DNA from: Octopus sinensis
Lineage: Eukaryota
DNA: 64,000 nt
Reading direction: 5' to 3'
Assembly (NCBI RefSeq): GCF_006345805.1
Contig: NC_043012.1
Span: 930,001-994,000 of the forward strand
The stretch's first letter is position 1, and each line of letters starts with the position of its first letter. Below the pieces are notes generated by a model. It did not search any database and had not been told where the DNA came from. It saw nothing but the letters and a program-made list of their open reading frames with translations. This document shows positions 51,540 through 63,624 of the stretch, piece by piece. The translations under genes were made by a program, and so were the position numbers.

Positions 51540-52522
51540 CAGTGCTCCACAACCGATATCCTGTGGCACATTGTGTGCCATGAGACGATGCTAGGTGTGC
51601 CGCGGTGTAACCTGAATATAATTTTTTCCCTATACCTTTAGTTATATTTGTAGTTCAGGTGTGCCACCAAATTTTGAAAAAAAGATAAGTGCAACTGGTA
51701 TGCTGTGACACACTGCACACTGATGTGCCATGAGACAACGCTAGGTGTGCCATAGTGTAACCTGAATATAGTTTTTTCTCTATACTTTCAGTTATATTTA
51801 GTTATATTTGTAGTTCAGGTGTGCCACCAAATTTTGGAAAGAAGATAAGAGCAACTGGTATGCTGTGACACACTGAACACTGATGTGCCATGAGACAATG
51901 CTAGGTGTGCCATAGCATAACCTGAATATAGTTTTTTCTCTATACTTTCAGTTATATTTAGTTATAATTGTAGTTCAGGTGTGCCACCAAATTTTGAAAA
52001 GAAGATAAGTGCAACCGGTATGCTGTGACACACTGCACACTGATGTGCCATGAGACAATGCTAGGTGTGCCATAGTGTAACCTGAATATAGTTTTTTCTC
52101 TATACTTTCAGTTATATTTAGTTATATTTGTAGTTCAGGTGTGCCACCAAATTTTGAAAAGAAGATAAGTGCAACCGGTATGCTGTGACACACTGCACAC
52201 TGATGTGCCATGAGACAACGCTAGGTGTGCCATAGTGTAACCTGAATATAGTTTTTTCTCTATACTTTCAGTTATATTTAGTTATATTTGTAGTTCAGGT
52301 GTGCCACCAAATTTTGGAAAGAAGATAAGAGCAACTGGTATGCTGTGACACACTGCACACTGATGTGCCATGAGACAACGCTAGGTGTGCCATAGTGTAA
52401 TCTGAATATAGTTTTTTCTCTATACTTTCAGTTATATTTAGTTATAATTGTAGTTCAGGTGTGCCACCAAATTTTGAAAAGAAGATAAGTGTGCCACAAG
52501 TGAAAAAATGTTGCAGGCACTG
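51540..52522. mobile_element. hAT (Charlie-like) MITE expanded by an internal 160-bp tandem repeat (6 units)
   Basis: TIRs CAGTGCTCCACAAC / TGTTGCAGGCACTG; 8-bp TSD ATCTAGCT/ATCTAGTT; TGATGTGCCATGAGAC at 51721, 51881, 52041, 52201, 52361. Confidence 0.92.
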
Positions 52523-52654
52523 ATCTAGTTATCTATCCATCTATTTATCTTTTTTGATGGTTAATCCATGTATTCATCTCTTTAGTGAGGTCCCTGTCCC
52601 TTTAACCTAGTTTCTTATCCCTCAATTTTATATGTAACCCAGTTGAGGGGGTCT

Positions 52655-52895
52655 TGTCAATTCCTGGTGGCATGTTGTGTCCTTAAGCAAGACTCTCTAT
52701 TTCATATTGCTCCAGTTTACTCAGTTGCCAAAAATGTGTTTTAACTGTAATCCAAAGCCCCAACTTTGTCTCATTCTGTGTAACGATGAATCTCCTTGAA
52801 AACATTAATGGTACGAGAATGTGTGGAGTACTCAGCCGCTTGCACATTAATTTCATGAGAAGCCTATTCCAGTGATCGGATCAACTGGAACCCAG
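52655..52895 (+). mobile_element. SINE with family E middle and D2-type tail
   Basis: GTGTCCTTAAGCAAGAC...TTGCTCCAGTTTACTCAG followed by GTGGAGTACTCAGCC...TTAATTTCA...GATCGGATCAACTGGAACCC. Confidence 0.65.
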
Positions 52896-53574
52896 GTCAA
52901 GAAACTTATATCAGTATCAAATTTCCCTGGGGTCAATCGTACAGAATGGCTTCTTAGGCAAGTTTCTTTTAGCCATAGACTTGGATTGAATTTGGGTAAA
53001 TGGAAACTGTGTAGAAGCCTGTTATGCACTGTGTCATGCTGATTCTGTCTGTGACTTATATTAAGTGTACACGTGCCTGTGGAGTACTCAGCCATTTATG
53101 CTCTCAGCCCTGGCTGCTTTGCTGCACCAAAGACGGTGGGAGGGCAAGAGAGTGACTATTTCTGCTCATTACTCCCTAGGGACCTAAAACAAATAGCAAA
53201 AGGTATCTTACAAAGTATCATGTAGTACATGCTTAAAAAAAAATTATGGTTAAGGTTGATGGTGGGAAGGAAAACGATTATGGCAAAAATGATGGCAGTG
53301 GAGTTGGTGGTTGTGGTGGTAGCAGTGATTGTAGTGGTGGTGGTGGTGGTAGTTGTGGGGGAGGGTAGTGGTGGTGGTAGCAGTGATTGTGGTGGTGGTG
53401 GTGGTGGTGGTGGTGGTGGTGGTGGTGGTGATGGTGGTAGTTGTGGGGGAGTGTGGTGGTGGTGGTGGTAGTAGTCATGGCAATGGTAGTTATACGAGTG
53501 ATGGTGATGGTGATGATGGTACTGGTGGTGCTTGTGATGCCAACAGCAATGGTGAAAACATCAGCAGCAGCAAC

Positions 53575-53614
<40 letters not shown>

Positions 53615-53734
53615 TTGGTTCTTGTGAGTAGTAGTAGCAAGAGCAGCAGTATTAGTTATAGTAGCTGTAGTGGTAGCCAAGGTGGCGGTGGCAGCTTTGG
53701 CTGAGGTGGTGGTGGTGGTGGTAGTGAGTCTCAT

Positions 53735-54200
53735 TAATGTATTATCCATTATCCGCGTAATGTCTTAAAATATTTCCGCCTAATCCAGGATTTGCATTCC
53801 CTCCCCCCCCGCCCCCTTTCTTTCCCCTAAAAATGATAAACGGATGCCCTAAGATCAAACTACTCTGGCAGGCGAAGCGTGACCGTTTAGTGCAATGGGT
53901 TGCACCCACTCATTGAACTATCTGAACAATTACAGGTATGAAAGCATGGCAGGTGAAAATAACAGCGTTTAGGCAATGGGCTGTGACCTCACGTTCAACT
54001 AACTGAACAATTTGAGCATCAATTTAAGCAATGGGCCATGACTACTTGTCAAGCTAGCAGAACAATACAGGTACGGCGGCGTGTGCGAGATGAAGGTGAG
54101 GGCGTTCTTAGAACAAACAGGAGATATCAGGGCATTGTGTGTCTTTATTGCTCACAGGGTTATTATGGCGGTTATTATTATCGATGCTGCCAACGTTCTT
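53735..54200. promoter_or_regulatory. Unique, CpG-retaining island; candidate enhancer or non-coding exon
   Basis: Non-repetitive; three GAACAAT (SOX-like), three GCAATGGG, two GAACAAT(T)ACAGGTA composites. Confidence 0.3.
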
Positions 54201-54710
54201 CTGGATGTTGTTGTTGTTGTTGTTGTTGTTGCTTTGGGAAATCTTTCATTGCTTCCTTTTTGCTGCTGCTGCTGCTGCTGTTGTTATTGTTGCTGTTATT
54301 GTTGTTGTTGTTGTTGTTGTTGTTGTTATTGTTATTATTGTTGTTATTGTTGTTGTTGTTATTGTTTTTGTTGTTGTTGTTTTTGTTGTTATTGTTGTTG
54401 TTGTTATTGTTGTTGTTGTTATTGTTATTGTTGTTATTATTGTTGTTGTTGTTATTATTGCTATTGTTGTTATTGTTGTTGCTGCTGCAGCTGTTGTTGT
54501 TGTTGTTATTGTTATTGTTGTTGTTGTTGCTGTTGCTGCTGCTCTCTTTGTTTTTGTTGTTGTTATCCTACTTCCTCTATTTTATACCTCTTGTCAATCT
54601 TGTTGCTGCAGCTTTTGAAATTGTTGCTGTTTTTTAGGTGACATCTTTATTTCAGTCCCTGGTGCCATTACCGTTTTTGTTGCAGCAATAACTGCACCTA
54701 TTTAACTGCA

Positions 54711-55037
54711 AAGGTGATGAGCTGGCAGAATCGTTAGCACACCAGGCGAAAGGCTTAGCGGTATTTTGTCTGCCGCTACGTTCTGAGTTCAAATTCCGCC
54801 GAGGTCGAATTTGCCTTTCATCTTTTCGGGTTCGATTAAATAAGTACCTGTTGTGCACTGGGGTCAATATGATTGATTTAATCCATTTGTCTGTCCTTGT
54901 ATGTCTTCTCTGTGTTTAGCCCCTTGTGGGTAGTAAAGAAATAGGTATTTCATCTGCCGCTACGTTCTGAGTTCAAATTCCGCCGAGGTCGACTTTGCCT
55001 TTCATCCTTTCGGGGTCGATTAAGTAAGTACCAATTA
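54711..55037 (+). mobile_element. SINE family B with head-to-tail partial duplication (period ~184 bp)
   Basis: GGTATTT...CTGCCGCTACGTTCTGAGTTCAAATTCCGCCGAGGTCGA occurs at 54760 and again at 54944, directly after the tail AAAGAAATA. Confidence 0.9.
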
Positions 55038-55662
55038 ACCCCTGCCCCCCAAGGACAATTGCCCCTGAGGACAACAGATGATGATTTAATACTTCTTAAT
55101 TTATTAGAGATGGAGTAATTAACCAGGTGGGTGGAATTGTCTTAGGGGTAGTTGATGTTGGGGGGAATTGTTCTGTGGGGAGTAATTGTCCAGATATGAT
55201 ATATATGTATATATACACACACATACACACATATATACACAGAGATATTTATATGTATGTATATATGTATGTAAAAATTTATATATATGATAGCCACTGT
55301 TTTAATTGCTGCCATTTATTATCCAAACAAAGTTTTAGTTTTCTATAATATCTTGTATGTCACTAACCAAATGGATGATACTGTGTTTAATTAATTACAA
55401 ACTATTTCTTGTGTAGCTTTTAAACTATAAATGTCCATATCTCTTAGCACATAACATTTTGTATTCTATTGTTTAAACAAATATCATGATTAAATATCCT
55501 TTCTACTATAAGCACATGATTAAATATCTTTAAATAATATATGATGTATTTGTATTATATTTGCCCTCAAGCTATTAGAAAAGCTTGTGATATTTGTGCT
55601 GGATCTTCAAGTTCAGAGTTCAAATCCCACTGGAGACAACCTTTACTTATGATGCTCATCAG

Positions 55663-56041
55663 CATCATCATCATCCTCGTTTAATGTCTGCTTTCCATGC
55701 TAGCATGGGTTGGACGATTTGACTGAGGACTGGCGAACCAGATGGCTGCACCAGGCTCCAATCTGATCCGGCAGAGCATCTACAGCTGGATGCCCTTCCT
55801 AACGCCAACCACTCTGAGAGTGTAGTGGGTGCTTTTATGTGCCACCAGTATGAGGGCCAGTCAGGCAGTACTGTCAACGGCCATGCTCAAATGGTGTTTT
55901 TTATGTGCCACCTGCACAGGAGCCAGTCCAGTGGCACTGGCAACGACCTCGCTTGAAAGTTCTTTATGTGCCACTGGCACAAGTACTAGTAAGGCGACGC
56001 TGGTAACGATCACGTTTGAATGGTGCTTTTTATGTGCCACA
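55663..56041 (-). mobile_element. Family C (RTE 3' UTR), ~3.5 units, same subfamily as 14425-14935
   Basis: Unit-by-unit correspondence with 14574-14930; truncated inside a pseudoknot motif. Confidence 0.85.
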
Positions 56042-57102
56042 GGGATCAATTCAAGGCTGTAGCCGTAAATATTTGGTTAAGGTGCCTCTGCATTGAGATT
56101 GAACCTGGTGCCATGTAGACACAAATTAATCTGCTTAACTACACAGCTAAGCCAGATTTTTGGGGGGTAGGTGGGAAATTAGTCAACATCCTAAATTTTA
56201 CCCTTAATTTTTTTGTCTATCACATTTACTTTGGGAAATGTTACTTGTGGTGCACAGCTTCCTATCCAGGAGGTGATGTTTATATAAGCATCAAAAGGCA
56301 GAAGATGTCTTAGCATCGTTCAGTAAGAACTTTTGTAAATCACTCACCAGAATCATCATCATCATCATCATCTTCATAGCATATCAAGGACTCTATTTTA
56401 CCACATGTCCTTCCCCACTTTTGTTTTTTTTATTTTGCCTTATCTTTATTTCCAATACAATATACCAAGTGCAATCTGAGTGAGACTTAGCTGCTACTTC
56501 TAGCAGCTTGAACAGATTCAAATGCTCACATTCTCCTACGTAGGGCAATCTGAGCTTGCCCTGTCGATCGACTCTGCTTACAATCCCTTTCCTCGTTGCT
56601 TCTTCATTGGCTCATTGTGCCCCCTTACCCACAACCACCACCACCACCACCACCACCACCGCCACCGCCGCCGCCACCATGTGATCTAAACAACAAGATG
56701 AAAGCAGATTGCTTGTGATATATTTATAGCAAAAACACCCACACACATGCATAATTAATTAGACATAATTAAAGTATACGTAATTTGACCATTACTTGAC
56801 TGTCGGCAATGAAGGCCTTGTATGAAAACTGACCTCTCATAATCAATGTTTGATAAAGACAAGGCTGTCGTTGTTGTTGTATTGTTGTTGTTGTTGGTGG
56901 TGGTGGTGGTGGTAGTGGTGGTGGTGGTGGTGGTAGTGGTGTTGTGGCTATTTCAATCTCTACCTAACCGATGGATCTTCTAGTGATAGAAAGCAGCAGT
57001 AAGGCAGATCAATAAATCAATAGACAAATAGATATAAAAGGCAAAAAGTTGGAATCTGGTCAACAGGGAAATGAAACGAAAGAAACAGTGATGTTATAGC
57101 GG

Positions 57103-57161
<59 letters not shown>

Positions 57162-57555
57162 CTTGTTGTTCTTGTTGTTCTTGTTGCTTCATAAATCACC
57201 ACAGAAGCAAGCACACATACACAAACATATATAAATTTATATGCATACACACAAACATACAAACACAAATGCATGCACACACACACACACATACACATAT
57301 ACACACACATACGAATGCACACACACACACACACACACAAACACATAGCATTTACATAAACTATATAAGAATATGTGTGTGTGTAGGGGAGAATCTGTGT
57401 GTGTGTTTGTGTATGTATATATATATATATATGTGTCTATGCGTGCATCTATGCATATTTATATATGTGAGTCTATATACATAGATACATACATACATGC
57501 ATATGCACACACACAACATACACATATATACATATATGTATGTGTATGTATATAC

Positions 57556-57602
<47 letters not shown>

Positions 57603-57607
57603 ATATA

Positions 57608-57645
<38 letters not shown>

Positions 57646-57994
57646 TATCTATACACACACATATGTGTGTGTGCATGTGTGTGTGGCACCAAATCAGCCC
57701 TGATTGAATAAATTGTTTGATCAAAGTCCTTCAAGCTTTCACGAATTCTGATCATATCTTTTTTTTTTTTCATTATTATTTTTTTGTTGTTGTTGTTGTT
57801 CCAAGAATAGTAATAACCCAAAGTACATTGTTTCATGTGTTATTTTTGAAGAGGATGGAGTGGGGTGAGGTAAGAGGGGAGGTTTAGCTGCGAAGTAGAG
57901 TAACAATGTCGAAAACTCCCCCGACACTTTAAATTCCAAAATAAACCAAAGCCTTTAGTAGGATATATGGGGAAAGCATTGCCACGAATTGTCA

Positions 57995-58001
57995 TTGTAA
58001 C

Positions 58002-58044
<43 letters not shown>

Positions 58045-58550
58045 TTCATCATAATCCTCCTCCTCGTCATCATCATCATCATCAGCATCATCACCATCAT
58101 CACAATCACTGCCACCACCACTAGAGCAACGATCATCACCACCACCACTACCACCACCACCTACACCAACACCAACACCACCGTCGTCATCATGATTATC
58201 GTCGTCGTTGTCATCATCACCATCATAATCCTCATCATCATCACCACCATCGCAATGACTGCCACCACCACTACAGCGATAATCATCACCACCACCACCA
58301 CCAACAGCAACAACAACAACAACAACAACACCAATACCAACATTACCATCTTCATCAAGATTATGATGATGATGATGATGATGATGATTATCATCATTGT
58401 CATTATTTTCATCGTTGTCATCATCCTGACCATCACCACCACTGTGAGCATCGTTTTTACCATCATCTTCACCACCACCTGCACCATTTCCACTACCACT
58501 ACCACCATCACTGTTGCTGTGGTCTTCATTCTTATCATCATCATCATCAG

Positions 58551-58592
<42 letters not shown>

Positions 58593-58900
58593 CAACCTTG
58601 TCCTCATTATTGTCGCTATTATTGTCATAGCGTCATCTTCATCATCAGCGCAACCACCACCACCACCATAATCACCATCATCAGTAACACCACTGCTACC
58701 TCCACCTCCACCTCCACCACCACCACCACCACCACCACTACCATTTCCAGCATCATCATCCTCGTCACTACCTCCACTACCATTACCATCGACGTCAGCG
58801 TCATTGTCATTTTCCTCATCCTGCTCCTCATCTTTGCCTTTGTCATCACCAACATACATCATCATCATGACTGTCATCATTATCACCACCACCAACATCA
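57995..58900. repeat. Compound (CAT/CAC/AAC)n low-complexity region
   Basis: Direct inspection. Confidence 0.9.
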
Positions 58901-59080
58901 CCATGTCCGTTTTTCTCCATGCCTTCCTGCATGATGCGAATTCTTTCTGATGCCATATCTCTCCAGTTATCACATTCCTTCATTTTCATCACAAAATTCA
59001 CCCCTCTAAGGTCAGCCTTAACCACTTCTTCCAGAATCTTCTTTAGTCTCTCTCGTCTACAACTTTTTCCCATTTGTTAT
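58900..59080 (-). pseudogene. Old RTE LINE 3' end with short UTR
   Basis: GKSCRRERLKKILEEVVKADLR...DNWRDMASER, then GCATGGAGAAAAACGGAC resembling the family C terminus GCATGGAAAACGGAC. Confidence 0.6.
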
Positions 59081-59652
59081 TTCCAGGCACTCATTTACCC
59101 CTCTATTAATGTTATATGAGTGCAGTGGCTGTGTGGTAAGTAGCTTGCTTATCAAACACATGGTTCTGGGCTCAGTCCCACTGTGTGAAGCAAAGAAAGA
59201 GAGCTAGCAGTCCTAGTTGTGGCCAGTTGGCGAGCTGACTGCCCAAAAGAGAAAAGAGGTAGAGTCCTGTTATATGCCTTTCACGACTTCCATTAAGGGC
59301 TGTTGTGTTTTGTGCATGCGTCACAGCTGCCCACTTCATCCCTTCCGGCCCTTTTATGTTTAGCCCTGAGATAATGCAAGCAAGTGCGATGGGTATGCTG
59401 CACATTTGTACAACAAGGCAGCAAACTGGTGGAAGCATTACTGTGCTGGACAAAATGATTAACGGCATTGCATCTATCCCTACATTCTGGGTTCAATTCC
59501 CACTGTGTTCAGCTTTGCCATTCATCTTACCAGGGCCAATTCAATAAATATCAGTCATGCACTAGGACCAACGGGATTGACTGGCATCCCCCTACCTACC
59601 CAAAAATTTCAGGTCACACGCCTATTGTAGAAAGAATTATCAACATCCATAT

Positions 59653-59876
59653 TTAATCTATTTGATGCCAAACCACTCGAGACTTCTTTGATCCTATGAT
59701 ATAAACTTCCTGATTTAATGGGATTTAAATGAAAACCATCCATCATATTAATTCAAGCACCAAATACCTGTGTAACTGTGATAAAATTATTTTACTAAAT
59801 TGTTTTAGTACTGTTTCAAAATTAATTAAAACAAAAGCGATGCATTTCAACAGAAATTTGTCCATAAAAGGGTTAA
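59653..59876 (-). mobile_element. Old piggyBac-type MITE, related to 24380-24875
   Basis: Ends AAAAGGGTTAA, TTAA at the other end; interior similar to the 24380-24630 units. Confidence 0.55.
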
Positions 59877-60120
59877 TGACCTTTAAATGTTATTGTATAT
59901 AAAAAGCAAGTTTCTATCATTGATTTTCTTGTTTACTTAGGAATTATTTAAACATAAAACTCATAGCTGTAATCTTTCCAATTGCAGTTTAAGAATGAAA
60001 TTTATAAAATATTTCTCTGCATCCTTCTATTGTGTTATTTACTACCACTTTAGATTGTTTACCCTACTGCAAATATCCGGAAGATTAGCTGAAATATCAA
60101 TCAAACAACCTAGCTATCTG

Positions 60121-60169
<49 letters not shown>

Positions 60170-60201
60170 TTATCTATCTATCTATTTATCTATCTCACTG
60201 T

Positions 60202-60262
<61 letters not shown>

Positions 60263-60263
60263 A

Positions 60264-60297
<34 letters not shown>

Positions 60298-60348
60298 TTA
60301 TATATCTATCTATCTATTTATCTATCTATCTATCTAGCTATCTGTCTG

Positions 60349-60379
<31 letters not shown>

Positions 60380-60848
60380 CTATTTGTCCGTCTATCTCTG
60401 TCTGTATGCATGTATGTCTGTCCGTTCGTCCGTCTGTCTGTCTGTCTGCCAGTCTGCCTGCCTGCTTGTCTGTGTGTCTGCCTTCCTGCTCGTTCATCTA
60501 TCTTTCTCTCTTTCTCCTCCTCTCTCTCTATCTATCTTTCCCCCAATATATATATATATATATATACATGTGTGCTTGTATGTGTATGAGCATGTTTGTA
60601 TGTGTGTTGTGTGCTTTTGTATGTGTCTGTGTGTTTGTGTGTGTGAATGTGTCTGTGTGTTTGTGTGTGTGAATGTGTGTACAGAACAAAAGAGAAATGG
60701 AGAGATGAGAAACATGTAGGTACACATGTATACACAGCAGCAAGCTGGCAGAATCATGGGCACACCGGAAAAAATGCTTGGCAGCCAGCATTTCTTTGAG
60801 CATTACATTTTGAGTTCAAATTCAGCTAAAGTCAACATTACCTTTCAT

Positions 60849-61172
60849 TACACGGAAAGTGTAACCTCTCGAAAGAGCTGTTCTTCACTCCTGCTCCAGA
60901 GCGTCGGCTGCGGGGTCATTTCGAAAAGCTCTACCTGCAACGATTTCATCTCAATCGAAGGAGAGGAGCTTTCTCCGTCCGGGTTGTGGATCCGTGGAAC
61001 AGGCTGCCAGACGAGATGGTGAAGATGCCGACGACCGCTTTGTTCAAAGCCTCCCTGGACCTCAAGTGGCCTGAACTCTTTACATGAACACCACCCTGTA
61101 CTTAACTCCATGTCCCCCTACATGGCTTTGCTATTTGCTTTTGAGCCAAATTAACTAACTAACTAACTAACT
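60849..61172 (+). pseudogene. CR1-group LINE 3' end inserted in a SINE B (60735-61190)
   Basis: HGKCNLSKELFFTPAPERRLRGHFEKLYLQRFHLNRRRGAFSVRVVDPWNRLPDEMVKMPTTALFKASLD...* (stop 61085-61087); (AACT)n tail; SINE B ...CCTTTCAT before and TGGGGTTAA after. Confidence 0.9.
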
Positions 61173-61378
61173 TGGGGTTAATGTGTAAGTGAAAAAAATT
61201 GTGCATGGACCTAGATGTTATCTGATTAGACCGTTCGTACTGTAAGTAATACAGTATTTCATTACAATTTGCTAAATGGTTTGTATGTCTTTGTAAGTGT
61301 GTATGTGTGTGTATATGTGTGTGTATATGTGTGTGTGCACGTGCACCTCTGTGTCTGTGTGTATATATATATATATAT

Positions 61379-61632
61379 ATCACGATCACGTGACCGACCA
61401 GACCATCAGATGTTGCTACACAACGCTGGTCACAATGTGTTCGCATTGTTTTAGCCTTCGAATGACGCCACCCCGCTGGCTAAGCGAGCAGGCCAACAGA
61501 CGAAAGAGTGAGAGAGAGAGTGATGAAAGAGTACAGCAGGGATCTCCACCCCCTGCCGGAGCCTCGTGGAGCTTTTAGGTGTTTTCGCTCAATAAATACT
61601 CACAATGCCCGGTCTTGGAATTGAAACCGCGA
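61379..61632 (-). mobile_element. tRNA-derived SINE D1 (5'-truncated)
   Basis: Shares ~130 bp with D2, then has a different tail ending GGTCGGTCACGTGATCGTGAT. Confidence 0.8.
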
Positions 61633-61648
61633 GATATATATATATATA

Positions 61649-62035
61649 TTGGGAAGCACTCCGTTGGTTATGACGATGAGGGTTCCGGTTGATCCGATTC
61701 AACGGAACAGCCTGCTCGTGAAATTAACGTGTAAGTGGCTGAGCACTCCACAGACACGTGTACCCTTAACGTAGTTCTTGGGGATATTCAGCGTGACACA
61801 GAGAGTGACAAGGCCGGCCCCTTGAAATACAGGTACAACAGAAACAGGAAGTAAGAGTGAGAGAAAGTTGTGGTGAAAGAGTACAGCAGGGATCACCATC
61901 ATCCCCTGCCGGAGCCTCGTGGAGCTTTAGGTGTTTTCGCTCAATAAACACTCACAACGCCTGGTCTGGGAATCGAAACCGCGATCCTATGACCGCGAGT
62001 CCGCTGCCCTAACCACTGGGCCATTGCGCCTCCAC
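61649..62035 (-). mobile_element. tRNA-derived SINE D2, full length
   Basis: Head GTGGAGGCGCAATGGCCCAGTGGTTAGG (A box) and GGTTTCGATTCCC (B box); CpGs largely intact; TA-flanked. Confidence 0.88.
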
Positions 62036-62341
62036 ATATATATATATATATGACTGAGAAAAAGAAGAAAATGGAGAAATTGACAAATAGACATCAGTTT
62101 ATTCAAAGATATTCAAATCAATATAATATGAAATTCATATCCCTACAGCTGTTTCCATAGCCAAAAAATTTAATTAGAGAAATTAAATTAAATTATATTA
62201 AATTAAGATATTCATATTGAAACTAGTTAATGGGTTTTTCATTGGGGAGAATTTTCCAGAAAGGAATTACAGTCCAATGTGTTGGTCGACCTTTGACAGA
62301 CTCAGATCCTGGGCATAATTAAATTTATATATATATGTATG

Positions 62342-62412
<71 letters not shown>

Positions 62413-62446
62413 TGTATGTATGTATGTATGTATGTATATATATGTT

Positions 62447-62652
62447 GACCTGGCAGAACTGTTAGCACACTAGGAAAATTGCTTAACAATATTTCATCTA
62501 TCTTTACATTCTGGGTTCAAATTCTGCTGAGGTTGGCTTTGCTTTCCATCTTTTTAGGGTCGATAAGATTAGTACTGGTCAAGTACTGGGTTTGATGTAA
62601 CCAACCTAACCCCTTCCCTGAAATTGCTGGCCCGGTGCCAAAATTTGAAACC
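62447..62652 (+). mobile_element. SINE family B
   Basis: CTGGCAGAACTGTTAGCAC...GGTTCAAATTCTGCTGAGG...GGGTCGATAAG. Confidence 0.8.
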
Positions 62653-62667
62653 TATATGCTTATAAGT

Positions 62668-62703
<36 letters not shown>

Positions 62704-63624
62704 CCTTCTGTGTATGCGTGTCCATGTCTTTATATATGTTTAATGCCTGCCTCTATACATATTTGTGTGAGAGTATGTATGTGTATATATATATATGTGT
62801 GTGTGTGTGTGTGAGAGAGAGAGCGAGAGAGAAAGATAGGAAGAAAAAGTATGTGTGTGTGTGTATGCATATGTGCACACATATGTGTGTCTGTGTGTTT
62901 GTATATGTCTATATGTATGTACCTCTGTTGCATGTGTCCATCTGTTTACAGCCTGTGAATATCTGTACAAATTGATGCTAATCCAAAAGTAATATCCCTC
63001 TGTGCAAGAAGATATTTCCGTTTTCCTCCCTCCTACCTTCACTCTCTTCCTCTCCCTTTACTCTTCACCTCTCCTCCAATACATACAATATATTTTTGGA
63101 TCTCCTTCAATATCCAATCACGATCTGTCTATTGAAGTATTACAGCAAGGATTTGGACATACAGATTCAAAAATTCTTTGGAAAACTTTTCGGAAGTGGC
63201 ATCACATTGAATATTTATTTAAAGTCAATTCGCAATCAAAAGAATCTTAATAAACCATTCACGATGTAAGTTGATTTGTCGTTTCAGAAGTTCCGCTAGA
63301 TACATTTCATGTCTTCACGCCTTTCGTGTATTGTTTGACTTTGTGTTGTTCCACTTCTTCTGGTAAACCGTTATATTGAAATATTTGGCACCGAGGCCTG
63401 GCATTGTTTCTGTGACTGATATTTATTCTCCTGATGTCACAACGGTTGTATGAAGTGTCGGTAGGTGTCTGGGGCAGTGTTGGGGAGAGGAAAAGAAGGT
63501 ACTATAGTCTTCTGGGTTTCCTTTTCAAAATTTCTCACCAATAGACAAAATTTGACAGTTTGCAGTAAAGAAAAATGACTTCTGCTTTGCAATTTAGACA
63601 GCTTTAAGTAGCTATATCGAATAC

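Noticed and set aside
60848-61111. 87-aa minus-strand ORF and the 98-aa plus-strand ORF at 60726 as host genes
   Set aside because: They are shadow frames of a CR1 ORF2 C-terminus encoded in another plus-strand frame.
61960-62035. tRNA gene
   Set aside because: A and B boxes are present but no acceptor stem closes, and the sequence continues into a SINE body; the same applies to the family A and B heads.
62141-62235. Two half-hammerheads (GAAACAGCTGTA on minus, GAAACTAGTT on plus)
   Set aside because: No CUGAnGA box is found for either; at most deleted remnants.
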